From: Chiloscyllium plagiosum
Lineage: Eukaryota
Length of the DNA stretch: 64,000 bases
Assembly: GCF_004010195.1 (NCBI RefSeq)
Contig: NC_057719.1
Span: forward strand, 52,025,037 to 52,089,036
Reading direction: 5' to 3'
Shown here: piece after piece, positions 1-12,239 of the stretch
How the letters are laid out: the number at the start of each line of letters is the position of its first letter
Position numbering within the stretch: the stretch's first letter is position 1
Notes under the pieces: generated by a model
Told to the model about the DNA's origin: nothing
The model's database searches: none
What the model saw: the letters and a program-made list of their open reading frames with translations, nothing else
Position numbers and translations under genes: made by a program

Positions 1-864
1 CACTACGTTCAATTAGGCGTGCCAATTTTCATAAAGACCTTTGATCGTGCGTTAAGAACTCTCGCATTTCTCATGCTTACTGGTGTGTTTGAATTTATTA
101 AATAAAATGGAATAGTAATGAAAGGAATAATGAATTTTAATGAATTTGAAGGCTGTCTGATGTTAGATATTTGAATGTTAATGCCATGTGCTGAGGTTTA
201 TTTTTATATGTGCGCACATGCACACTTCTGTGTAACTTGCACACATGCATAGTATTTTACTTTATACACCACTTTCATTGGTATGGCCCACTTGGTTAAC
301 GCTGCAAAAATGCAATGTCAAATTTCATGATATGCTTTGGTGGAACCATGTGTTATTTGCAGAGATTTTCATGATGACAAAGGAAGAACTCACGTTGGCA
401 TAAACATAACAGAAGTAAACTATGGCATGGAACAAACTTACGCATAAAGTGGAGAAATATGACTTCTTACTGGCTCAGCTTTTCACGCAACAAATATTCA
501 GATAAATAGAATTATTCCAATGGAATAATGCAACAAAGTCTTTGGATCTTTTGTAATAATGCATGCTAGCATGACTCCTGAGAAAAAAATGTACTGAATC
601 ACGTTTTGCATTACAGCTCATGATTTATATTTCCTCTTGAGATTTTTTTTCCAAACACTTCCATTAACAATTGTTGGTTCAAAATGTGTCAGATTTTTAA
701 AATGATGTATTTTTGTATTTGCTGGGCCATTTTAAATGGTATTGCACTAACATTTACTCTTATACATGATAAAGATATTCCATTCTGAATGAGCTCTAGA
801 TAGGCCAAAGAATTGAACTACCACTGGTGTTGAAAGTTACATCCTACACTGTTTGCATTGGATT

Positions 865-1735
865 CAATGAGACATCATAACCAGGACTACTTTCCTGGAT
901 GAAACTGGTCTCATGTTTCTAACCATGCCCTGAGTTCATCTGCCTTCTCTGTTATGCATTGAAATAAATGCAGTTTAATTTATCAGTCCTACCTTGTTCT
1001 CTACTTTGTTCCTGCCTGCCCTGTCTGTTGACTTGCTCTTTTTCCCAACTGCATCACTCTCACACTGTTCTCTCTTCCCACACAATTTCCCTGCATCCCA
1101 CCCCACCCTCCCCATTAACCGCATCCCCCATCCCCATGTACTAGTTTAAATCCTCCCGCGCAGCTCTAGCAAATCTCCCTGCCTGTGTATTAGTCCCCTT
1201 GCAATTCAGGACACTGCTACCCCAGAAGAAATTCCAATAATCTAAAAATGTGAACCCTTCTCCCCTGTACCGGCTTCTGAGGCACACATTCATCTGCTCT
1301 ATCCTCCTATTCATACCCTCACTAGCTCGTAGCACCAGGAATAATTAAGATATTACTACCCTCAAGGACCTCCTTTTTAACTTCCTATATTCTCTCTTCA
1401 GAAGTGCATCCCTTTCATTTCCTATGTCATTAGTTCCAATGTGAACATTGTCCTTCTGGTGGTCCCGCTCCCCTTTGAAAATATTCTGCACTCTCTCTGA
1501 GGTATCATTGATCTACGCTCTGTGGAGGCAACACACCATTTTCATGTGTTGCTGTCTGCCGCAGAAACGTCTGTCTGTGCCTCTGAATTGAGACTCCTCT
1601 ATCAAAATCAATTGCTTGGAACCTCATTACATAGCCCTCATTACATTAGAGCCAGTCTCGGTACCAAAAACATGGCTGTCAGTGCTACAGTCCCCTGACA
1701 GTCCATCACTCCTTACATTTTCCAAAACAGCACAC
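865..1735 (-). mobile_element. CR1-clade LINE fragment (end of ORF1 esterase-like domain and start of ORF2)
   Basis: ORF 1141..1335 reads GEGFTFLDYW...GRFARAAREDLN*, a CR1 ORF1 C-terminus; near-identical to 14280-14560 (ctagtttaaatcctccc, gaaataaatgcagtttaatt). Confidence 0.85.
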
Positions 1736-2424
1736 TTTGTTAAATGAGCATAGTGTACAAAAATAGCAATTCCGACTGAGAGAACTACCACGTGCTTTGA
1801 AGCAATCCTTTCTCAAAGTTAATGTTGCTGAGAGTCGTCAAGACTCCTCATTGAAATTTTACAAGTGATTTCAATTTTTCACTTTTGAGGATCTGGAATG
1901 GAGAGATCTCTGTTATGCCCTTACTGACTACTCACATTCTTGGGGTGCACCTTTCTTTTCTGGAACTACACGACTCTCAGTTCTGGAAATTGTGCTCCAG
2001 CACTTACTTGCAAGCCTGACTCCATCTTTTCACAAACAGCAAGTCTCATTAATCCAGTATTCTTTCTCAATTTTTTTAGAAAGCTCTAATCTGGTTTAGT
2101 TGTGTCAAGAAATTACTCCTTGTGGTTTTCCTTCCCCTTTGCTCACATTGCACTGAACTAATGGGCACTTGGCTTCTTCCGAGCCTCCACAACTCCTATA
2201 TTTTCTCATCTCTTACTCCAACACTTTGCTAATCTATCCATAGAATGTCTTCCCGTGTTCTGACCACACAAGGTTGTCCATTTGCTCTTGATTTCTCAGT
2301 GAGTCCCCAACTGTTCTACACTGACCTCTGAAACTGCCTGAGTAAGCTATTGAAAACCTTGCAACAAACCACACTCCTGTTGCTCGGCACAATTGAATAT
2401 AATTAATTTTTGAGCAGTCAAATA

Positions 2425-3378
2425 CAGAGGAACCTCGATTATCTGAAAATCAATCATCCGAATGTCGGATTATCTGAAGGAAATCTCAAGGTCCCAATAG
2501 AAACATTACATCATAGAGGTGTTTCCAACACTGATCATGCCTTTTGTTTACAATGATTAAAAATGAACTCGGCTTACTGAAGTGCTGCCGACAACAGTCC
2601 TGGACATCGCTGGAGGTCCACGCATCGTCTCCAAATGACTGACTGCCTGCCCTCTCTCTGTCCCCACACTTTCCCTGGAGTTCTACACAGGCGTGTACCC
2701 TAAACCCCACTTCCCCAAATAATGTCTCCAACATTGTTCTGTACAGGGCAAAGGTGGAACCTGTTTGTGTGTGTGTGCGCAGTATTTTGAGACTCAACCC
2801 TCACCCCCCCTCCCAAAAAGGCAGCAGCAATCTTACTGTTGGTGTCCAGTTCGGCTGCCCCAGAGACAGCGGTCAGATGGGGTTGAGGGGGCAGATTGGG
2901 GTTGGGCGGGACAGATGGGGAGGCAGGGTTAGGGTTGGGGTTGGGGGGCAGAAGGAGGGCGGGATTGGACAGGGTGGAGGGGTGGACAGGGGCGTGGTGA
3001 GGGCAAAGCGTGGTGAGGGCAAAAGCGTTGGGTGGGGAAGAGGGGGAGTGCTCACATATGGTTTGCTGCTTCCTAGTCTCCTGAATGGGAAGCAGATTTA
3101 GCAAGTGCTCACTGTGTCAATCCCATTGAACTGTTTGGGGTGGGGGGTGGTAAATGCAGGAGGCAACAGCAATGCTGCAGGTCCCTTACACACAAGTGTG
3201 TGCCTGCTCAGAAACAAACCCTGAGACAGAGAGAGCAAGGCAGGCAGAGCAGGGAAAAAGGACACTTCAGAAAACTCCGAGCCCCAGAGAAGAGGAATTG
3301 AATTAATTAACCGAATAATCAATTATCTGAGTGAAATACTGCCCGCCCATCTTGTTCAGATAATCGAGGTTCCTCTCG
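2425..3378. mobile_element. Tigger/pogo-like non-autonomous DNA transposon (MITE)
   Basis: TIR CAGAGGAACCTCGATTATCTGAA (2425-2447) and its reverse complement at 3355-3378, TA on both sides; no transposase ORF. Confidence 0.88.
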
Positions 3379-4743
3379 TATAGTAACCTCTTAGAATTGT
3401 CTGTTCCCTAATTCTGCAATGTTTATGACGAGTTGGTTCTTCCAGCACAAATTGCACACAATAAAATAAGTACATCAAAGTACCCTGATGTGATTTGATT
3501 CAAACAAAATTGTTGAATTGCTGAAGCTTACAACTTGTGCTATGATTCTCTAGTACCACAAACAAGTTACACATCAAAAATCGTAATGGAATCCTGGTTA
3601 ATCCATGCAAACCTGACATGGCATATGACAAGGAGAAGGTATTAATGGTTTCAGTGGCCACGATTTCTCTAAATTGACTCAATAATCAATTCCAAATAAT
3701 GGATATCATCTTATTTTCACATGGGACACCTATGATTTAGCTGTCATTCTTCACACCAGTAAACAAATCTACTTGCTACTCATGAAACGTAACCAATTCA
3801 CTTTCGAGCGATGTGCACGTTTACCCAGAGTTCCTTTTTGTGTGAAGGTTCATTAATAATTTTCTGTCATCTTACCATATATTCACCTCTCCTTCCTCCT
3901 TTAGTTTTCTGCTTGCTGGCACGACCTTTTAATCTGAATTTGTTCGTTACATTAATGAACTTAAACCTACCCTGTGCCAAATGTATGGATTTTTACTTCT
4001 AAATACATTCTGCTGCTTACAGTGGTGCAAGATTATCCAGAGCATGTAAGAAAAAATTTATGACTGGAGACGCAGATCAGTAATGATGGTTTTTGTGGTG
4101 CACTGTCTGGTGCTTCGAAGTCAAAATATTGCCCACAGAACATGAATCTACTCCTAATATAAGTCACATCAGATGCTTTCTTTGTAAAGATGTTAGCAAA
4201 CATAGTGTCTGCCTGAAGCATTCAGAGTTGTTAGATATTGACACCAATCAATTTGTAAAGTTGATTTGAAACAGTGCTATAATTTTGGTACTGAATGCTC
4301 CAATAAATGTCTCTTACCCAAGTATGACAAAAATTACATTCAGTAGTAACACTGGATCAGTCATCGAGTCTCAAGTTAGTTATTGACTATTGCTGTTGTT
4401 GTTACAAGCGGTGCTTTTCTTGTCTTCAGCTTGTTGAGGTCGAAATGAAGCGACGTGGCAGCTGCTGAAAGACATTATCCTGAATTCAAGGCCTTTGCGT
4501 AAATCAGTTTTCCCATAGAATGATGCAGTATTAGGCATTCACCTTGAATACAACATGACTGGGAGGATGAGCAAAGACCAGGCAAAGTAAAACAAGCTGC
4601 TATAAGAGAAGTTTGGGCTGTAGGGAGAGAAAAGGGGTCTCAGTCATAGGCCATATATATCGAGGATTTCCAGGAGCCTCAGCAGGCAATAAGATTTTAT
4701 TCGTTCATAGAATAAAGTGAGGTGTTGCTGGGCAGGCCAGCAA

Positions 4744-5034
4744 TTAGATTCCCAACAGCGTAGAAACAGGCCCTTCGGCCTAACAAGTCCACACCAACCC
4801 TCCGAACAGTCACCCACCAAGATCCATTTCCCTCTGAACGATGTACCTAACACTATGGGCAATTTAGAAGGTCAATTCACCTGACCTGCACATCTTTGGA
4901 CTGTGGGAGGAAACTAGAGCAAACCCACACAGTCACAGGGAGAATGTGCAAACTCCACAGTCACCCAAGACTGGAATCGAACCTGTGACCCTGGTGCTGT
5001 GAGGCAGCAGAGCTAACCACTGAGCCACCATGCC
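4744..5034 (-). mobile_element. HE1-like tRNA-derived V-SINE
   Basis: Reverse complement gives a tRNA head (GGCATGGTGGCTCAGTGGTTAGC...GGTTCGATTCC), V-domain GTGGAGTTTGCACATTCTCCC and a CR1-like tail. Confidence 0.92.
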
Positions 5035-5114
5035 ACTCCTGTTAACCATCTTTAATTGCCAACATGAAGGTAGTGGTAAGCGGTGTTCTTCAACTACTGC
5101 TTCCACCTACTGAT

Positions 5115-6982
5115 AAACTGGAATCAATGGGAATTGGTGGAGAGGGGATTTGTCCATTGCTTAGGGTTATGTCTACCACATAGAAAGTTGGTTGTGTTTG
5201 ATGGGGCTCAATCATCTCAGTAAAAAGACATGACTGCAGGAGTTCATCAGAGTAGTGATCTAGGCCCAATCATCATCAGTCCCTTTATCAATGATGTTCC
5301 TTGCACCGTGAGGTCCAAAGTGGGGATATGTCATTGAAGATTGCATAATATTCAGCACCATTTATAGTTGCTGAAATAGTTCATATCCTTTGCAGCAAGA
5401 CTTGGATAACAAAGAGGCTTGGGCTGATAAGTGGCAAGAAACAGTCCTCCCACACAATTGCCAAGCAATGACCATCTCGAACAAGACAGAATCATTATCA
5501 TATTTGAATCCACTACTATCAACATACTGGGGGTTACCATTGACCAGAAACTGAACTGAACCAGTTATATAAAGACTGTGGCTGCAAGGGGAGTTCAGGA
5601 ACTAGGGATTCTGTGGTGAATAACTCCCCTCCTTACTTGCGAATGCCTGTCCACCATCTATCTACAAGCACAAGTCAGGAGAGAGATGAAAACATTCCAC
5701 TTGCTGGAGGCATGCAGTTCCAACAACAATCTAGAAGCTTGACACCATCCAGGACAAAGCAGTTCACTTGATTCCCACCTTATTGTTCATTGTCTCCTCC
5801 CTCTACCACCAACACTCAGTAACAGCAGTGGGTAGAATCTAGAAGATGAATTGCGGTTACCAGGTTCCTTCAACAGTACTTTCAAAACTCAGAACCTATC
5901 ATCTAGAAGGACAAGGGCGGCAGGTACCAAGGAACAAAACCACCTGTAAGTTCCCCTCCAAACCACATGCCATCCTGATTGAATGAATGATTTATTTATT
6001 GTTACATATATCTGGGGTGATATAGTGAAAAATGTTACTACAATTGGGTACCATTTTGAACTACAAGAAGAATAAAGGAGGGTACTTAAATAGAGTTCAT
6101 CTTCATCAGCTGGGGTTTTGAATACAGCTCCAGGACTTCTGCAAGGTCCCCACTGTGGACCTACTGCAGCCAGGAGTCTCCACTCCACCATAGTCAATGA
6201 CCCACCACTGCCGGCAATAGTCCATCATCTGGGCCTACTGCATCCAGGAGTCCCCACTCCACCATCATTGCAGCTGACACCTTGCTGCCATTCCAGGAGT
6301 CCATGCACCGGGCCTACAAAGCCAAGAGTCCCTGTTCTGCCATTCCTGCAGCCAATGCCCCGCTGACATTCCAAGAGTCCATGCAACTGGCCTACGAAGC
6401 TAGGAGATTCCGCCAACTCTGCTCTGGCCTCCTGTGACATTAGGAAGGTGAAGAAAGGAAAAAGTGAAAAAGATGAAAAGGAGGGAGAGGAAAACAATGC
6501 GGACAGTTTGGAATTGATAGGCTCAGCCTGAACACTAACTGCTCCTCGCTCTCCAGGGTACCCCTGGGTCAGGGTAGAGCCACGTCCGTTTTGGACTGGC
6601 TTTGCTGTCACAGGAGACCTTCTCTTTCACGCACTATTTTCCACACTTTAAAAATAAGAAAATGGAGTAAAAAGAAAAAAAGGGAAGAACAAAAGTTAAA
6701 AGAAGAAAAGAAAAAAAAAATAAAGAAAGCAGATGGCAACAGACAAGCCCTGGAAGCAGACCTGCTACTCTGCCACCATCTTAAGTTGATTGGGCAATAT
6801 CTTGCTTTTCCTTCACAGCAAAATCCTGCAACTCACTTCCTAATAACAACTCTGCATATACCTACACCCCAACAACTTCAGTGGTTTAAGAAGGTGGCTC
6901 ACCACCACCTTCTCAAGGACAATCAGGAATGGACATTAAATGCTGACCTAGCCAGTAATGCCCATATCACATAAATGAATAA
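5115..6982 (+). mobile_element. Old CR1/L2-clade LINE ('family B') RT and 3' end, split by the insertion at 5982-6786
   Basis: Degenerate RT (GVxQGS.LGP, QQDLDN..AWADKWQ) and the family 3' tail caccaccttctcaagg...aatgctg. Confidence 0.8.
5982..6786 (-). mobile_element. Non-autonomous retroposon with Rex1-like 3' tail
   Basis: TGATTG duplicated at 5976-5981 and 6787-6792; minus strand starts AAGATGGTGGC and ends TTTTCACT...AATAAA(TCAT)n; internal ccaggagtc repeats. Confidence 0.65.
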
Positions 6983-7143
6983 ATTAACAAATACTCTCTT
7001 CTCACTCTCCTCAACCTATTGTCATCCAGCACTAATGCCTCACAGTCACCTTCTACAAATAGTGTCCTTACATCCTCTGAACACAGGCCATTACTGACAC
7101 AACCTGGTGAAAGGCAGAAAGCCTGCGGTAAGCAGGAAGAACA

Positions 7144-8131
7144 ATCCCCGGTACGCAAACACCAAGTGTCACTATGTACTGAGGTTCTACCTGTCCCCGG
7201 TGTTGCGAAGGATGGGCCTGGCCTCGTTGCTGCGGAACGCTCCAAGTAGTTGGACCGTTCCGTACCACCTGTCCTTCGTGGAGAAATTTATCAAGAAAAA
7301 CACCTTTGACCACAAGTCCATCAGGAAGTGGTCAGCACGTAGTGTCCTTGAGACCCTTCGGGAAAAGGAGAGGGCGGATCCTGTCGAGCGGTTCCCTGAG
7401 CAGACTGTCAAAGCCATTTGGCAGAATGCCTCATCGCCAGAACTTTCCAACAAGCACCAAGACATGGCTTGGCTGGTGGTGAGAAGGGCTCTGCCTGTGA
7501 GATCATTCATGCACGCCCGGACTCTCTGCCGCACCGCACGCTGCCCTCGAAGCGGCTGCAGGGGGGACGAGACTGTCACACACCTCCTTCTGGAATGTGC
7601 CTATGCAGAGGAAGTCTGGAGAGGAATGCAGTGGTCTGTCGAGGTTCGTCCCGAGCAGCGCCGTGACGCGGGACTCCGTGCTCTACGGCCTGTTCCCCGG
7701 GACGCACACCGAGACGAACATCAACTGCGCCTGGAGGATCATCAACTCGGTGAAGGACGCTCTCTGGGTGGTCCGAAACCTGTTGATCTTCCAGCTGAAG
7801 GAGTTGACCCCGACTGAGTGTTGCAGACTGGCACATTCCAAGGTCCAGGACTACGTGTTGAGGGACGCGCTGAAGCTTGGGGCAGCTGCCGCCAAGGCGC
7901 GGTGGGGAAAGACCACCGTCTAACATCTGCCTGCCTAAGAAGAACAGGGGGCCCGCGCAGTCATTTGGGCTCCGCTGGCGCCTCAGCTCAATGTAATCGC
8001 ACCAACCTGTGAATATGAATGATCACCCTGTTTCGACATGCAAAGAAATGGAATGTTTACAGAGTGATGACATGTCCAATTGTATAGATTAAATATATAT
8101 GAATAAAGTATATTTTTGAAATAAAATAAAA
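7144..8131 (+). mobile_element. Tx1/L1-clade LINE, 5'-truncated 3' end of ORF2 (zf-RVT) plus 3' UTR
   Basis: ORFs 7107..7817 and 7597..7923 join by one frameshift near 7635; CPRSGCRGDETVTHLLLEC zinc finger; AATAAA and A-rich tail at 8102-8131; CpG-rich. Confidence 0.9.
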
Positions 8132-9252
8132 TCATGACAGGCCGCTTGTTGGCCCTTTGTAATATGTGTCCACTTCATTTCAGGTGGCTTGTGATGCCAG
8201 CAGAGAACTATGGTGAGAGCCTGGACCTGCTGAAGCACTGGTGCTAAGAGATATCAAGAAAGCTGATCATTTAGCTGCAGTCTGTGTTGAAAATTGCACC
8301 ACCCTCTGGTTGCATGCCAGTGTGTCCATTCTATCTGTCCTGAAGATGGGCATGCAGGTAAGAAGAACATAACTGCTGTTGTTGTCCCTACTGCAGCTGC
8401 TGGAGTAGTTGATCGTCTTTTGACTTCTGCCCCTGACTCTCAGCAGAGTGGAAGGTGGAGCTGCCTAAACTGGTGTTATGCTATGTTGCTGGGAAATGCA
8501 GCTGAAGATGAATAAAGTGCAAGGCAAGTGAAGCACCTTCTAAGAGGGTGAAAAATTATAGACTCTACTGATGTACTATAAGAGCAACGTGATGCAAATG
8601 ATATTTCAGAATTCTATGAGGTGCAGACTATGACTCAAAATATAAAATACATTTTAGTTTTTCTGCTGTTAATGTCTTTAACACCTTTAACACTTGAAAA
8701 TGAAGGAAACTGAATCTCATTGAATGCAAATTGATTAATCAAGACCATTAAATCACTTTGAGGCTGATAAAATGTCTGACTCTCATTTATATTGTCTGGT
8801 TGTCACTGCCATAATCCATTTTTTTCACTCAGATCAATAGGATGGGATAGAACAGAGCTCTGCTATTTATATAATGATGCAACTCAGGAGATATAATAAA
8901 ACAAACTATATATATTCAGCATAGGTGTACATATTATAAATTATACACATTTGTATTTGTCAAGTTAATTTATTTTGGTAGTATGAAGAAATATTTCAGA
9001 GACTGGGTGAATAATTTGGGAAAACCTGGTTGTGGCTAAACTGCTACTTTTTAGGGATAATGGTCTTTTTATGACTAACACTCAATTAGATGGAACAGTA
9101 TCAATGAGGAATAACTAAATTGGAATTTGTACAAGAGACAAGAGGGTTATGTTAATATGATATATTCAGTTATATCCGGAGTTCCTAAAACTCTATGCTG
9201 CATTAGCTTTGGCACAACTTCTTTGGAATGTTATGGGCATATAAATTATTAT

Positions 9253-9460
9253 GAGAGAAAGTGAGGGCTGCAGATGCTGGAGATCAGAGCTGAAAATGTG
9301 TTGCTGGAAAAGCGCAGCAGGTCAGGCAGCATCCAAGGAACAGGAGAATCGACGTTTCGGGCATAAGTCCTCCTGAAGAAGGGCTTATGCCCGAAATGTC
9401 GATTCTCCTGTTCCTGGATGCTGCCTGACCTGCTGTGCTTTTCCAGCAACACATTTTCAG
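9253..9460. mobile_element. Penelope-derived fold-back element with hammerhead core
   Basis: ~80 bp inverted arms; perfect 14 bp TSD ATATAAATTATTAT (9239-9252, 9461-9474). Confidence 0.9.
9373..9400 (+). ncRNA. Minimal hammerhead ribozyme core (PLE type)
   Basis: CTGAAGA-A-GGGC-TTAT-GCCC-GAAA-TGTC; stem I weak, activity untested. Confidence 0.6.
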
Positions 9461-11490
9461 ATATAAATTATTATCAATGGTAAATAGAATTTGGAAGCAC
9501 CTATTCTAGAATGAATCTTATACTGGCTTTATCATTACAAGCTCAATATTGGGTGTGCTGATTTATAAAGATGATGATATACACTGATTGGTATCTTGCC
9601 AAACCTTTGAAGTTGGGGTGGGTGACAGGAGGGGTAGTAAAATAGTGGCATAAGGCACCAAGAGGAAAACCAGTTATGTTTCTGCCACCTGGAGATATTG
9701 CTAGCAATGGGAATAGCATTGACTTGTTACTCAGAGACTGGAAGTGGACAGCTAGTTAAAATAATTAATTGACAGTTAATAACTATTTTGCTGGGCCACT
9801 GAGATATTATGAATCTCTGAACAGTTCCCACAACAGGGTGACTTAGCTCCTTATTCCTTTCTTTCCCGAGATCTCCTTTGTGATCCTGACACCATATCAG
9901 CACAGTTCTTAACTTCGAGCACTGGAGCATGAAGGACTCAACACACAATAAAACATTTTACCCTTACCAACAAGGCAACCCAGGAGGTGCCCTCTTCCTC
10001 CCTTTGTAGCTTCAGCAGTGGCCACTGTATTAGAGGTGCTGTTGGGTTGCCAGCCTTCTGATTGGTCTGACAGCACAGTAAAGTAGGCCACTATCTTTAA
10101 TGGGACAGCCTCACCTTGTGGCTGCTGTTAAAACCAAAGCATGGTTCCTTGGAAGAGCAAAATGCCTGCAAAATTCTCATCATTAGTTGGCCCTCAACTT
10201 GTAGATATTGCAGTTACACTGCTGGTACTATCAGGTTTAATACAGCGCCGAATAGCAAAACATTGTTATATAATTCGGGAATCACATCACAGCTTTACCC
10301 ATGTGAACTTGAACTTACAAATATCACTCCACTCATCAGTCTTCCGAACTTGCTGTCATCTTTTAGGTAAGGGAAGAGTTGATAACACTGGAAGTTTTTT
10401 TTAGCACGAGACCATAAGTGTTCATTTTCTCTTTGACCTGTGCATTATTTATTTGAAATGTTAAAATTTATTTAATATGAAGACATCGATCAGAAGTGAA
10501 ACAGCATATTCTTCAAAGTTTAAATAAATTGTTTCAGTTTACTGAGGTATTTTATGCAGTAACTTTATAAATAATGATATCAGTGTCATTTTACCGAAGC
10601 TTCACCTTTCATCTTGCTCTGATACAATGTGAAAATTATGTTGCCACTTCTGTACATTTTTAAATTACTGCTTTAATTTTAAACTTTAGTGGCATTTAAA
10701 ATTAAGATGTAATTTAAACGTTAGCAGATCCACCATTTCTTGTACCATTGTATGGAGTTTCTCTTTATATTTTTGTATCACTTTGGAAAGCTGTTCGTGA
10801 TTCCCTGTTTTATTTTATGCTGAAGAAAGTAAGAGCAAATTAATGCATGTATTTGTCAATTCAAATCAATGAGTTATTATTGTCTCCAAGATACCTTTTC
10901 TATCTGTCTCACTTTACTGAATATTAAATGTGCTGGTAATATCATTACGATTCTAGTTCAAAGCAGTATCTGAATCCAACAGAGTGAGACAGCTAAATTG
11001 AATTGTGCAGTTACTGCTGAAGCACTATCAGGTTAACAACCGTATTTCTACAAAGTTAATCAGCTCTCACCATGGTATTTAAACTCAGCAATCCTCCCAA
11101 GCCAATACATGCAATGATACAATTCAGCTTATCATTGAATATGAATGGAACATACAAATTAATACTCTTAATTGCAGCAGTATTTTGCAACTCAATGTTC
11201 TGGATAATGTATTTTACCTAGGATTATCCTTATGGGAAAACAGGAAGAATAAAATGGTTATTTTTTTAGCACTCATATAACATGATATTATAATGTCAAA
11301 TTCTCCGTTGCATTATTATACACAGTTGAAAACAAGGTGAAAGCTCAATGTGAGGCTAAATGAAGTTTAAGGAACTGCACCCAATTTTTCAGTTGTTGAC
11401 TTTACAGGCTTGCACTCAAACAAATCAGTTCAGCCATTTCAGAGCAAAATCTCTGACTCTCTCGCTGAATACCATTCCCTCACCCACTTC

Positions 11491-11872
11491 TTGAGGGGGT
11501 AACTAATTGAAACTTAAGGAATACTGAATAGCCTGGACAGAGTGGGCTTTGGGAAGATGTTTACATTGATAGGAGATGCTAGGACCTAAGGACACATTCT
11601 TAGAGCAAAAGGAAGATGTTTTAGAATAGAGATAAGGAGAAACACCTTTAGCCAGAGAGTGGTGTATCTATGGAATGCACTACCACTGAAGGTGATAGAG
11701 GCAAGTTTAATGAGTATATTTAAGACTGAGGTAGCTAGGTTCTTGATTGTCAAGAGGATCAAGGATTATGGAAAGAATGTGTGAGAATGAGGTTAAGAAA
11801 CTTATCAGCCATGATTGAATGGTGGAGCAGACTTGAAGGGCTGAATTTCTGCCCTTACGTCTTATGGTCTTC
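11491..11872 (+). mobile_element. CR1 LINE 3' end
   Basis: Degenerate ORF2 end (SQRVVYLWNAL) and cttatggtctt tail, homologous to 31520-31905. Confidence 0.85.
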
Positions 11873-12239
11873 ATTTTTAAATTCTCTGCAGGTTTTGCTC
11901 TCAACCTTATTTTTCTTATTTTTGCTTTCAGACAACTGTTAATGATTCTGCCATTTACACCCCTGTGGACGTGTCTTTATGGCTTTATCCATTCTTCTGT
12001 AATTCTCATCTCTCTTTAATGTTCTTTACCTGTCCTTTTGCTCTTTGTCAGCTCCTTTTCATCAGTCAACTTCCAGTATGGGTCAGTGATCCTTTTTCTT
12101 TGTGGTTCTTCTCCTCCAGCCAATGGCACCTTCTGCACTCTCACTAATTCCTCTTTTGCCATTGTTGCCCATTGCTTCCTAACTTCAGCAGGAGTTTGAA
12201 TCTGTTAGGGGAGGCCAGCTGAAAAATGTCTGATAGATC

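Noticed and set aside
442-577. Minus-strand segment with strong splice sites and a frame open if TGA=Trp (NUMT or recoding)
   Set aside because: An in-frame AGA would be a stop in the vertebrate mitochondrial code and there is no resemblance to mitochondrial proteins; at most a non-coding exon.
2700-3104. Pro-rich and Gly-rich ORFs on both strands
   Set aside because: Artefacts of the G-run tract inside the MITE.
4430-4498. Exon-like segment reading xC-TGA-GRNEATWQLLKDIILNSRPL, suggestive of selenocysteine
   Set aside because: All three frames contain stops, no selenoprotein family is matched, no SECIS was identified, and the donor (gtaaat) is weak.
6160-6420. Spaced short direct repeats resembling a CRISPR array
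   Set aside because: Eukaryotic context; repeats are degenerate, spacers are related and irregular, and no cas genes are present.
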